Source: an uncultured cyanobacterium | Lineage (GTDB): Bacteria > Cyanobacteriota > Cyanobacteriia > Cyanobacteriales > Microcystaceae | Assembly: GCA_963807635.1 (NCBI GenBank) | Contig: CAWEDJ010000071.1 | Coordinates: 1-64,000, forward strand | Reading direction: 5' to 3' | Length of the DNA: 64,000 bases | Shown: positions 54,069-63,750 of the stretch, piece after piece | Numbering within the stretch: the stretch's first letter is position 1 | How the letters are laid out: each line of letters opens with the position of its first letter | Made by a program: the position numbers and the translations under genes | Notes under the pieces: model-generated | What the model saw: the letters and a program-made list of their open reading frames with translations, nothing else | What the model was told of the DNA's origin: nothing | The model's database searches: none

Positions 54069-55349
54069 TTACGGAAGAGTTACAATTTGAACCTGGGCTT
54101 GGGATTGCGGGAATTCCTCACCAATATTTAAAGCCGTTGCATACTGCTGGGCAATGATATCTAGGGTACATTGGGAAATTAAATAGTTTCGTCCCGCTTC
54201 ACCCATACTTTTTGCCAACTCAGGATTAAAAGAAATCTGTAAAATAAAGTCGGCTAAACCCTGACTATTTTTATTCTTAAAAGTCACTCCACACTGAGTT
54301 TTTTCGACTAATTCATTTAAGTAACATTGCTGGTCACAAATCACTGCGATCGGTCTACCCGTTGCCAACAAACTATAAAATTTACTAGGTGCAACAATCC
54401 CCCCCATTCCCTCCTCTATACTCACCAATGTTAAGTCACAAGCAGTTAGAGAATAGGGTAAAATGTCTTTATCCTGATAGGGTAAAAATAAACAATTATC
54501 CAACCCATAGGTTTGAACAAAATTTCCTGAAGACCGATATTTTGGCCCACCACCAATAAAAACAAATTGAACAGGATATCCCTGCAACAAACGCGCGGCA
54601 TTGAGAATCGTCTGAATATCATGACAGCGACCCATATTGCCAGAATAAAGAATCGTAAATTTTTCAGTTAGATGATATTTTTGGGCAAACCAATTATCTT
54701 TCTTAGCAATGGGGACTATCCAGTTTGGATCAGACCAATTTGATATCACAGAAATCTTATGACCGAGCTTAGGCTGTTTTTTTAAGATTTGCTGTTTCAT
54801 AGAAGTGCTTAGAACAATAACTTTTTTAGCCTTTTGCCAGGTCAGCTCATTCAAACGATTCCACAGTTTAATGATCCAGTTTTCTGAAGATAAAACCCCT
54901 AACTTTTCTGCAACGTCGGGATATAAATCATAAATCAAACAAACATAATTAGAACCTTTCGCAAGATGAAGCAAATATCCAATAAAAGGTAAAAATGGTG
55001 GTGCTGTTGTCAAGAGTAGAATATCGTCTTTTTTAAGATTTCTAAGAAGATGAAGAATTGCACGAACTGTAAATAGAAATCCATGAAAAGCTTTTCCTCG
55101 AATGTTATGAATAGATACCTGAGTTGCTCTAGTACGACGAATAACAACATTATTATGGATTTCTAGGGGTAAGGCACTGACATCGTTAAAAGCGTAGGCA
55201 GGAAGTCCCGTAAAAACCTTAATTGGAGTGCCGTTATCTCCCAAATGGGAAACTAATTCATTAATTAGCTGTCCAGTGGGAGCGAAATCAGGCGGAAAAA
55301 ATTGATTAACAACAAATAATTTTTTACCCTTGCGGAGGAGTTTTTTCAT
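54069..55349 (-). CDS. Glycosyltransferase family 4 (WcaI/WbuB-like)
   Basis: NQFFPPD, YDLYPD, YSGNMGRCH, PSKFYSLLATG. Confidence 0.9.
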   Translation of the reverse strand: MKKLLRKGKKLFVVNQFFPPDFAPTGQLINELVSHLGDNGTPIKVFTGLPAYAFNDVSALPLEIHNNVVIRRTRATQVSIHNIRGKAFHGFLFTVRAILHLLRNLKKDDILLLTTAPPFLPFIGYLLHLAKGSNYVCLIYDLYPDVAEKLGVLSSENWIIKLWNRLNELTWQKAKKVIVLSTSMKQQILKKQPKLGHKISVISNWSDPNWIVPIAKKDNWFAQKYHLTEKFTILYSGNMGRCHDIQTILNAARLLQGYPVQFVFIGGGPKYRSSGNFVQTYGLDNCLFLPYQDKDILPYSLTACDLTLVSIEEGMGGIVAPSKFYSLLATGRPIAVICDQQCYLNELVEKTQCGVTFKNKNSQGLADFILQISFNPELAKSMGEAGRNYLISQCTLDIIAQQYATALNIGEEFPQSQAQVQIVTLP

Positions 55350-56643
55350 ATTATTTAACTCTCATCAATCCAAATATTGATCAAAATATTGATGTATCAA
55401 GCTTTTTTTCCATCCACCCACTCGCCATTAGGATCAAAAACTTAAGATAGGCACTTTATTGTTTACTTAAAGTAGATTAACAACAGAATCTACTATGTTT
55501 CATAAAATAAATAATTTTGACAATAAATCTCCTCTCTCTGAGAATCTTGGAGTGCACTCAATCGGTGTCTTCTCTTAGGATTCTTGGCAAGCAAAAGCTA
55601 GCCACACAGGTGGTTTGATTTTTCTAAAAATAAATAGAAACCCAACTCAGATTTAGGAGAAATATTAGTTGGAGCGATTTATTTTAAATAAGTCGGTATC
55701 AAAAAAATAGATCGTCAAAAATAAGAAATAAGATATGCTCTATTTACTTTTTGACCTTAAAAACCTTGCAAAAACCTGTCAGCAAAAGAAACATTGCTAA
55801 ACGATGGGAATTAGTTTAAATAAGAATCTACAACTCTACTGATATCGATCAGTACTAGCAGAACTCTTGATATTCAAGGGGAGATGAACAAAATAAGGCT
55901 TCATCCCATAGGTCAAGTTTGGTAAAACTGATGATTTTAAAAAAGTAGGAAAAAGAATTTTCTTAAAAAAATGACAGAACAAAGAATCAATTCAATTGCT
56001 TTCACCAATGAGCTGGAGAATAGTTAAAACGATAGAATGCTTTCCCAATAAATCAGGTAGATCAATAAGCTGAAGTCTTTTTACCGATCGCCTAAGCGAA
56101 TAATTTTTTGTTGATTATGACTTCATACAAGAGTTATCGCCTAAAGAGTAGCTTCTTTCATCAAGTATAAAAAAAGAGCAACGAAAAGGCTGAACCCTAG
56201 TTGAAATCTATCTTCGACAAAAGAGAAGATCATTCTAAAGACAAAACTATTCTGAGAAGGTCAATGGAGGGAATATTCTTTTATTGACTGAGATAATGAA
56301 ATTTTATGATTGATTTTCATAGAGGTATAAAAAAATGGATGTTAAAAAGGATTGGTTTTAAAAGGTGAAAAAAAGGTTTTAATAAAAAGCAACAGTAAAT
56401 TCATTAGTCTGTTTTTTCTGTGCTTCCTGAATGATATACGCAAAATCACGGAGGTGCAAGTTTTTTTTGTATTTTCTTTGCGTGGACTGTTTGGCTTCGG
56501 GCTTAAAGCCTTGCTAGCAAAGACTTTTTGTGCTTCTTGTCTTAGGAATTTTGACAGAAGGTTTGCGTAAGTTCACTCTTCAGCGATGAATTAAGTATAT
56601 CTTGGACTAAATCCACATACTGTGATCCAGATCTTTATTTTTG

Positions 56644-56659
56644 TGTGATCTGAATCACA
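56644..56659. promoter_or_regulatory. CRP (SyCRP1-type) binding site
   Basis: TGTGA-TCTGAA-TCACA perfect consensus; partial second site TGTGATCCAGATCTTT at 56621-56636. Confidence 0.7.
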
Positions 56660-56697
56660 GCACGAATTCTTTCCAGTTTTAAAAGTCTGATGGTCAG

Positions 56698-56799
56698 TAA
56701 GCTATTAATTGTCTAAAACGCATACAGACAAAGGGATTAAGCCTCTTGTTAGAAGATTTTCAGCAGAATCATGATGCAATCTAAATTCGTGACAGCTTA
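56698..56799. mobile_element. Degenerate ~102-bp MITE-like element with TAAGCT...AGCTTA ends
   Basis: Imperfect inverted ends TAAGCTATTAATTGTCTAAAACGCAT / TAAGCTGTCACGAATTTAGATTGCAT; internal CAAAGGGATTAAGCCTCTTG (17/20 to the 96-bp MITE palindrome). Confidence 0.5.
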
Positions 56800-56818
56800 T
56801 TTAGACAAAATCAAGGGT

Positions 56819-56858
56819 AAATGTCCATTCAAGTTGTTTTTTAAGCCTGAACGGGCAT
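56819..56858 (-). terminator. Hairpin just downstream of the HpsJ-family gene
   Basis: AATGTCCATTCA-N16-TGAACGGGCATT inverted repeat. Confidence 0.4.
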
Positions 56859-56875
56859 TCTTCCTAAATCCCTGA

Positions 56876-57552
56876 TTATTTGGCTTTGATTGCTCTCCAA
56901 ATATAAAAAAGCAACACGGCGGAAAGAAGAGACCCTAGATTCCACTTGACGGATTTTTTGAGTAACTCTAATCGAACATCCCGAAGAGACTGAGCTTGCT
57001 CCTTAAGCTTGACTTCTCCATCGGTCATCACAGTGGTTAGTCGATTTTTGAGGGTTTTGACCTGTTCGGGGTTCTCTAGCTTAGGGATGGGACCGTTATT
57101 GCCGAGGTCACGGGAGAGAATTTGTTGTAGTTCAGATTGGGTCTTGGTCGTTTTTAAGTTAGTCTGGGCTTTTTTGACCTGGGCGATTTGGATATCTAGC
57201 TGGAGGAGTTGTTGATGATTGAGGGTGAGTAATCGGTTGGTATTGATGATGCCAATGGGGATCATCAGTAGATAGATCAGTCCGAGGATAAGGGCTAACC
57301 AAGTAATCAGAGATAATAAAAATTGTTCTAAACGTTTGCGTCCAAAATTTGGCCCAGGTAAATCATGGCATAGGCTAAAAATAGAACAGGAACTTTTTCG
57401 ACTAAGGCTCCAAAAGTCTGAAATTCCCAATTGGGATTGGTCAAGCGGAGTGGGATCAGGGTATCGATAAAATCAAAGAGGAAAAAGGCGAGAAAAACGT
57501 AACCAATGACTCGTATAAGAGCTAAAGTCCATAGAGTAGAGGTATTGGTCAT
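56876..57552 (-). CDS. HpsJ-family membrane protein, cyanoexosortase-associated (frameshift near 57351)
   Basis: IPLRLTNPNWEFQTFGALVEKVPV and LLKKSVKWNLGSL motifs; one added G joins the ORFs (MIYLGPNFGRK). Confidence 0.8.
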
Positions 57553-57764
57553 AATAGGGTGGTTATGAACGTTACTTTCGTGAAAATTCATTGTTTTGTT
57601 GGTTTAAATTAAGGTAAGTTATTGCGATATTAAAAACAGTCATTGAGCTGATCGCTGACATGATGAATGACTCCATAATAATAAGGAGTAGGGTGAAAGG
57701 AAAAGATTTCTAAAAGGCGATCGCTAAGAAGTAAATGAGGACAATAGGAACACAATATGTCGGT

Positions 57765-58427
57765 TTAATCGGAGGACGGATAATGGGAAACCCACCACTT
57801 AAACCAAGATTGCCCCGCGTTTTGGAGTATTTTTTGAGAGTTGTGATTTTCTGACGGTGTGGATAGGGTTAAATGCGACCAGAGACAGCGTTGATCCAGT
57901 AGATTGGATTTTCCCCAGAGCCACCCCAAGAAACCGTTTAAAGTTTTTCCTGTAACTAATTTCGTCCGTAGGAATTGATCCGCCGTCACCGTACTCGACC
58001 CCTGGGGATTGATGCAGGCACTCAAATAGGAACGATTCTGATGATTTCCTAAGGCGATCGCGCCCATCCCCTCTTGATGAGTTATCTGAGAAATAGAAGT
58101 ATCTCCAATATATTTACGCAAGAGATTAGGAATGTCCGCTTCTGCCGTATTCAAATAACGCATTTGAATATTTAGCGTCAAACCATCGGGCGAGAGGTAT
58201 TGATAGGAGCGGCTGGCAATAGGGGTTAACTCATTGGAGCTAGGGAACTCTAAGGTATGACTCCTAACTTGTTTCCAGCCTGATAGAGGAACTTTTTCAG
58301 GAAAAGAAAAAGGCGCGACGGTCGGACGGGAAAGTAAGGGAGTTTTGATGCCCCAAAGAGAGCTGACTATTGTTCCACCCAGGGCGATCGCTAAAACAGA
58401 GGGACGATAGAAATTCCAATGTTTCAT
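57765..58427 (-). CDS. Cyanoexosortase A system-associated protein
   Basis: FPEKVPLSGW, YLSACINPQGSSTVT, DQRCLWSHL; overlaps the crtA stop. Confidence 0.85.
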   Translation of the reverse strand: MKHWNFYRPSVLAIALGGTIVSSLWGIKTPLLSRPTVAPFSFPEKVPLSGWKQVRSHTLEFPSSNELTPIASRSYQYLSPDGLTLNIQMRYLNTAEADIPNLLRKYIGDTSISQITHQEGMGAIALGNHQNRSYLSACINPQGSSTVTADQFLRTKLVTGKTLNGFLGWLWGKSNLLDQRCLWSHLTLSTPSENHNSQKILQNAGQSWFKWWVSHYPSSD

Positions 58428-59315
58428 TCTGTTTCCTCTTGCTCAGATCCTAAAGGATTAGGTGACTGGATGAGAAAATAAATCACAGTACAAAGGAGAG
58501 ACATAGACATCATTGAAAACAAAAGAGAGCCTTCTCCAGAGTGCCAATACTCAAAACCAACTCGATTATGGTAGGCAACAATTACCGCTAAAAGTGCGAC
58601 TCGGATACTATTCATGATAAAACCGATCAAAATTGCCGTAACGGGTAAAATGAACTTGGTTTTCCAATTACTCGGAAACATGAGAAAAAATAATAGGCTT
58701 AAACTCAACAAATCGAGCATAGAAGCTAGTCCTGAACATCCAGGATAAACCTCAACTCCATTAGAAGAACCTGCAAAATAGAGATTAACGCCCTCTCGAA
58801 CGGTTTCAAAACCCGAATACCAAAGCAAATAGCCCGCCAATTTAGCCGTTAGAGGGGAGGGATCGAGGTTGCCTAACAAGGACGTTAGAGGAGTAACTGC
58901 GCATAAAAATAAATAAAATCAAAAATTCGCGTTTGTATTGCCCTAAACCCTGAAACCCAGAAGCCAAAAGGGTCAAGGAAAAAAAAGCTATCAGGGGAAA
59001 GAGATATAAACTAGAGCTACTCTGGGTAATTAAAAAAACACTTTTGATTAATAACGGGAGCAAAAGTGCGATCGCAAAGCAACTAGAAAAGATGCTACTC
59101 TTCAGTTGCAAGGTCTCTCGTTTATCCCAAATCAAAGCGGCGACCGCCGACCAAAAGACCACACTAAGCCCAAAAAAACTTAAAGCCCCTACTCGCCAAA
59201 TCATACTGAGATGAACCAAGCAAAGGCTAATTCCCAAGGAAGCCAACAACATTTTTGTTGTATCGACAAGTCGAGGCCTATTTGCCCATTTTTTGAAAAA
59301 TTGGTCAATATCCAT
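58424..59315 (-). CDS. crtA: Cyanoexosortase A (frameshift near 58905)
   Basis: Multi-TM protein with exosortase triad: VYPGCSG (Cys), NSIRVALL (Arg), FEYWHSGEGS (His); LLASGFQGLGQY. Confidence 0.88.
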
Positions 59316-59751
59316 TATTTAAAAAAAGAAATTTTCTAAAAGATCATTAAACAACAAGCTTTTTTGTGACTAAAAAGCAGAAAATTTAGGCTGTTCGTAA
59401 TCTAAACTTCAGAATTGATCGATGCCCCAAAAAGAGCTTCAAAATCAAGATTGACAGTTAAAATGACGAAACAAACCAAGCAGACATAACAGGTAAGTCG
59501 AGGTAAATCGGACTTTGTCAGTTGGCACGTGGTATTGATTGGATGTTAATAATTTGTTTTTGTTCTTAAAGTTGTTAAATGAGAATTTAAAAAAATTTTA
59601 GTATTATAAACGTTCCCTTAATGCGAATTATATCAGTAATAATGCGCATTGCCAAGGGTGAAAGGAAAAAAGCAAGTGTTATCACTGATGCTTCTATTGC
59701 TATCACCCCTGAACAGAGGTCGCGATCGCGCCCCATTCTTAGATCGAACAC

Positions 59752-60177
59752 TTATTCATAAAACCGTTGAAAAGCCTGTCCATTAGTCCGTCGGCTCATA
59801 CGAAGCGTAAATTCACTAACCGATGGATTGGGCTTATCGGGGTGGGGAGTCTTGGTACTACGTTTCCAATCATGCTGGGATGCTAATTTTGCTTCCACCA
59901 CTTGATCCTCTGTTTTTTTCAACTTCATCCACATTTTCCCGTGATCATTACAGAAAAATTCCTCTAACCAAGCTCGGCGGTCAACGACAGCACTGAATTG
60001 GGCTTGTCCTGTGACCAAACTTGCTTTTTTGTGACTCAGATTCATTTCTTGTTGAATTTCACTGGTTTCAGTATAAAAAACGTAATGTTTTTCGCCGTCC
60101 ATGCGCCATAAACGCCGTTCACAATACGGACATTGCACTTTCAGAGTTTGTTTTCTGCGACTTCTTTTGTTTGGCAT
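59752..60177 (-). CDS. Hypothetical basic protein with putative Zn site
   Basis: CPYC and WLEEFFCNDHG; NPSVSEFTLRMSR tail; intact 141-aa ORF co-oriented after the acetyltransferase. Confidence 0.65.
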   Translation of the reverse strand: MPNKRSRRKQTLKVQCPYCERRLWRMDGEKHYVFYTETSEIQQEMNLSHKKASLVTGQAQFSAVVDRRAWLEEFFCNDHGKMWMKLKKTEDQVVEAKLASQHDWKRSTKTPHPDKPNPSVSEFTLRMSRRTNGQAFQRFYE

Positions 60178-60243
60178 AGCAAATGAGAAATGTGAATAAA
60201 GAGTATGAAGTGAAATTGAGGGACTAAAATTGATGGTTACATT

Positions 60244-60829
60244 TTAGGGTACTGGGAGACGTATTGGCTCAGATTGATGGGACAAATCAGAAACGAGGTT
60301 ACGTTGCTTGACGGGCTGGGCGGGATTTCCTGAATAAATTGTCATGGGTTTGAGAGACCGAGAGGCCACCGATCCCAACCCTAAAATTGCCCCTCGTCCG
60401 ACCGTGACCCCTGTGCCGACCACAGAACGAGCCGCAATCCAACTTCCTTCCTCTATACAAATTTCTCCTGTGAGTAATTTAAAATTGCGATCGTGCCAAT
60501 CGTGATTGCCTGTACAGAGGTAAACATCCTGGAAACACAAACATGATCTTTAATGATGACGGGGGCAATGTTATCAATCCAGACATTTTCCCCAATCCAA
60601 ACGTGATCTCCCACTTTTAATCGCCAGGGAAATTTAACCTTAACACCAGGCTCTGATCACTACTCCTGTACCAATTTGGTCCAAAAGCTCGTAATAAAAA
60701 AACTTTGAAAGCCTTAATGGGGACAAGATGAGTCCGAAACAAAAAGTCACCTAAAAAAAACCAAAAAAGTTGTTTAAGAGTCGATGCACCAGGACTATAA
60801 CCGCTAGGTTTGTAATTATTGAGGTACAT
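60244..60829 (-). CDS. wcaF: WcaF-family polysaccharide acetyltransferase, hexapeptide repeat (several frameshifts)
   Basis: Pieces across frames: LLRAFG, IGTGVVI, VKVKFPWRLKVGDHVWIGENVWIDN, VYLCTGNHDW, GNPA. Confidence 0.8.
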
Positions 60830-61211
60830 GATAATTAATTTAAAAAAAATTTCAAAAAAGTATTTAAAAGTGTTTAATAATTTTTCTCTTATTTACTGAC
60901 AAACTTTACTTTCAAAGCTCTCAATATACATTGTTATCCCAAATTCTACTGTGATACTCGTAAGTTCAATCAGAATAATCAGAATACGGTAAATATAGAA
61001 AAAACTTGTGAATATTCTGTGAGTAAAATTCGATTACTAAAACGTTAAATATTACCCGCCGTTTAAAGTTGATCTTCCGTTAAGTAGGCGATCGCGGAAT
61101 CTTTGCCCATAATTGTCCAGAAAACAATAAAGGAGACAAAACTACGATCAAATAGTCTTAATCTCCCTAAAAAAAGCAATTATTATTATTTTTGATTAAT
61201 ATGTCAGAAAA

Positions 61212-61483
61212 TCAGCCTTCAGAAAAAATCATTTTTTTTAACATAGAAGTTTCCATAACGTCATCAAAAATGGTTAGATTCTTGGGTTTACAGCGTTTAA
61301 CTTGCACCTGAATCCCCTGGGCTCCTTCTCCTAATAAATCTTCCAGATAACCCTCTTTTGCACTCTCAGCCTCAGATTTAGCCAAAAAAGGGCCAAGTAA
61401 GTACATCGCGGAACCGTTGTTCCAATCTCCACCCAAAAGGCTAAACCGAGTAAATCTAGTAGCTGTAAAAATTTTTCTTTCAT
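61212..61483 (-). CDS. DUF1816 family protein (frameshift near 61395)
   Basis: LGLAFWVEIGTTVPRCTY plus GPFL...GYLEDL...VKRCKPKNLTI. Confidence 0.8.
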
Positions 61484-61584
61484 GTTTGTATTCCCAATGA
61501 TGTTAGTCGAGTTGTTATTGTAACCTGAGTTCCGAAACATTTCGTAAAACTCCCAGCTAACGTCTTTAGTTATACTTCCGAATC

Positions 61585-62703
61585 CTAAATAGGGAAAGTC
61601 TTTGATGATACAGATATTGCGGTTGTCATATTTAATTTTTGGGAGCCTCGCTGACGATAGACTTCATAGAGCGTAATTCCCGCCGCAACGGACGCATTCA
61701 AACTAGGGGTTTTGCCCGCTAGGGGAATCTCCATCAACTGATCGCAATGACGTTGGGTTAAAAGACTCAGACCGTCTCCTTCCGAACCAATCACCAGGCA
61801 AACAGGCCCCCGTAAATCTAAATCATGAATAGATTTGCCCTGTCCTGCGGCAGTTCCGTAGATCCAAAAGCCCTCAGTTTTTAGGGTTTCTAGGCATCGA
61901 CTCAGATTGACGACCCGTGCGACCGAAAAATGCTCCAAGGCACCCGCCGCCACTTTCATGACCGCAGAGGTAATGCCAACTGCGCGACGTTGGGGAATGA
62001 CTAGACCTTGCGCCCCAAAAGCTTCGGCTGTGCGGATAATCGCGCCCAAATTATGAGGATCGGTGATGCTATCTAAAACGATAATCACAGGATCGGTTCG
62101 TTGGGCTTTGGCCTGTTGAATTAAGTCTTCTAATTCTTTGTAGGTATAGGGGGCAACCTGGGCGACGACTCCCTGGTGATTCGCTCCCTGGGTCAGTTGG
62201 TTTAAGCGTAAATTTTCAACTTCATCAATAATCGCGCCATTGGCTTTGGCTTCTACTAGTAGGGAATGGAAACGGGGATCGTAGTGTAATTTGGCCGTAA
62301 TTCAAATGCGATTCAGTTGGCGATTACTTTTCATGGCGGCAATCACGGGATGACGACCGTAGATCAGATCGTTATCTTCTTCGCTTTCCGATTCTTCCCT
62401 AGTATTTCCCTCCGAGGCGATCGCGTTAAGAGACGGTACAAACTTTCGTGTTTTTTCCTCCCGACCAGCCCTATCGATATCGGGGATCACTTTTTTATCA
62501 GCTCTGGGAATTCTCGGTGTAATCTGCTCCGATGGGGAGTCACTGCGATCGGCCCGATTAATTCTCGGTTTATCCGTATTAAATTGGGGTTTATTCTCGC
62601 GGTTAAATCTAGGTTTTGGCGATCGGCTTGAGCTGGGTTGGTCGCCATCTTTACGGAACGGTTTGCGGCCAGCCTTCTGCCCTCTACGGGGTTTGTCTAT
62701 CAT
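61585..62703 (-). CDS. rlmB: 23S rRNA Gm2251 methyltransferase RlmB (in-frame TGA at 62302 where Trp is expected; probable error)
   Basis: [42 protein letters not shown]; the frame is continuous across the TGA. Confidence 0.9.
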
Positions 62704-62888
62704 GGAAATTTTAGTATTAGGATGAATTAGGAATTAGCAATAATTTATTCAGAAAAACACGCTTGTCGTATTTCCCTTCCGTTCAATATTTATCTCTTTT
62801 AGAGGGAATTCAGGGGAGATTTTTAAAACACGATAAGCTTAAACAACATAGGCACAAAAAATCAACAATCAATTAAATATATTCAGCC

Positions 62889-63370
62889 TTAAACAATAAT
62901 ATTCAGATATTCTAACAACTCTTGTAAGCGGGTAGGATCGTTGATATAAAGATAACCTAACAATGTTTCCAAACTCGTTGCCTTTTGATACACTTTCGGA
63001 GACAACCGACGAGGACACCCCGACGCTGCATTTCTTCCACGCCGTAAAATATCTTTTTCTGTTTCCGTTAAATAAGGCTCTAAAAGCTTGAGAGACTCGG
63101 CCTGACTTTCGGCTCGAACGGTGGAAACCACTTGATCATGATAATCTGAGACTCGCTTGGGCGGAAAGAGAAAATGAGTGCGGACATAAAGTTCATAAAC
63201 AGCATCTCCCAAATAGGCTAACGAACTGGGAGACAATTGCCCAGATGACCTGGTTTCTTTTGCTCATGGGTTTTCATCTCCGCTAGATTTGCTTCAAAAA
63301 TAAGCTCTGAAGCATCCCCTTGTCCCTCTGACAAATCCGAAGCCTTGTTTTCAATTACAACATTCGTCAT
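62889..63370 (-). CDS. mrnC: Mini-ribonuclease III (frameshift near 63240)
   Basis: LAYLGDAVYELYVR, RRGRNA, YQKATSLETLLGYL; upstream ATG at 63370 overlaps the STAS stop. Confidence 0.88.
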
Positions 63371-63750
63371 CACTTTTTAGATGGCTTGGATGGCAAGGCC
63401 GCGATCGCATCATTGAGGGTGGCGTGCAGAGGCAAAAATTTCTCTAATCGAACTAACTTAACGGTTTGAGTAACGCGAGAATTAGTAACAATATGAAGAT
63501 TTCCCTCTTGATTTTTAGCTTGTTTAGCTAATTGTACCAATGCGCCCAAGCCAGAACTGTCTAGAAAATCAATGCTAGAAAGATCGAGAATCACGTTAAC
63601 AGGGCCTTTGCCCATCGCATCTCCCAGAACTTTGCGGAAAGTCGGCTCTGAAAAGGCATCTAATAAACCTGTTAGCCGAAAAATCTGATAGGTATCCTGT
63701 ACATCGAGAGTTCCCCGCAAACTCACGGTCAGGTTTAGTGCTTCAGGAAT
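63370..63750 (-). CDS. STAS-domain anti-sigma-factor antagonist (start GTG 63726 or ATT 63750)
   Basis: LTGLLDAFS, LDLSSIDFLDSSGLGALV. Confidence 0.9.
   Translation of the reverse strand: MPEALNLTVSLRGTLDVQDTYQIFRLTGLLDAFSEPTFRKVLGDAMGKGPVNVILDLSSIDFLDSSGLGALVQLAKQAKNQEGNLHIVTNSRVTQTVKLVRLEKFLPLHATLNDAIAALPSKPSKK

Noticed and set aside
56434..56452. Imperfect palindrome TACGCAAAATCACGGA as a shared EPS-regulon operator
   Set aside because: Similar words at ~13900 and ~60985 are too degenerate to support a common motif by eye.
56352..56570. 72-aa plus-strand ORF in the long intergenic region
   Set aside because: TTG start, low-complexity AT-driven composition, no motif or SD support.
62302..62304. 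TGA recoding (Trp/Sec) or alternative genetic code in rlmB
   Set aside because: Other genes end normally at TGA (e.g. vte4, STAS); a single TGG-to-TGA change is better explained as an error or point mutation.
546..62631. Numerous short antisense or overlapping ORFs in the six-frame track
   Set aside because: They lie inside well-supported genes on the opposite strand or in other frames and have no recognisable motifs.
1159..63240. Programmed frameshifting or mass pseudogenisation
   Set aside because: Breaks hit conserved housekeeping genes, are 1-2-base indels at homopolymers or methylation motifs, and flanking sequence shows no decay.
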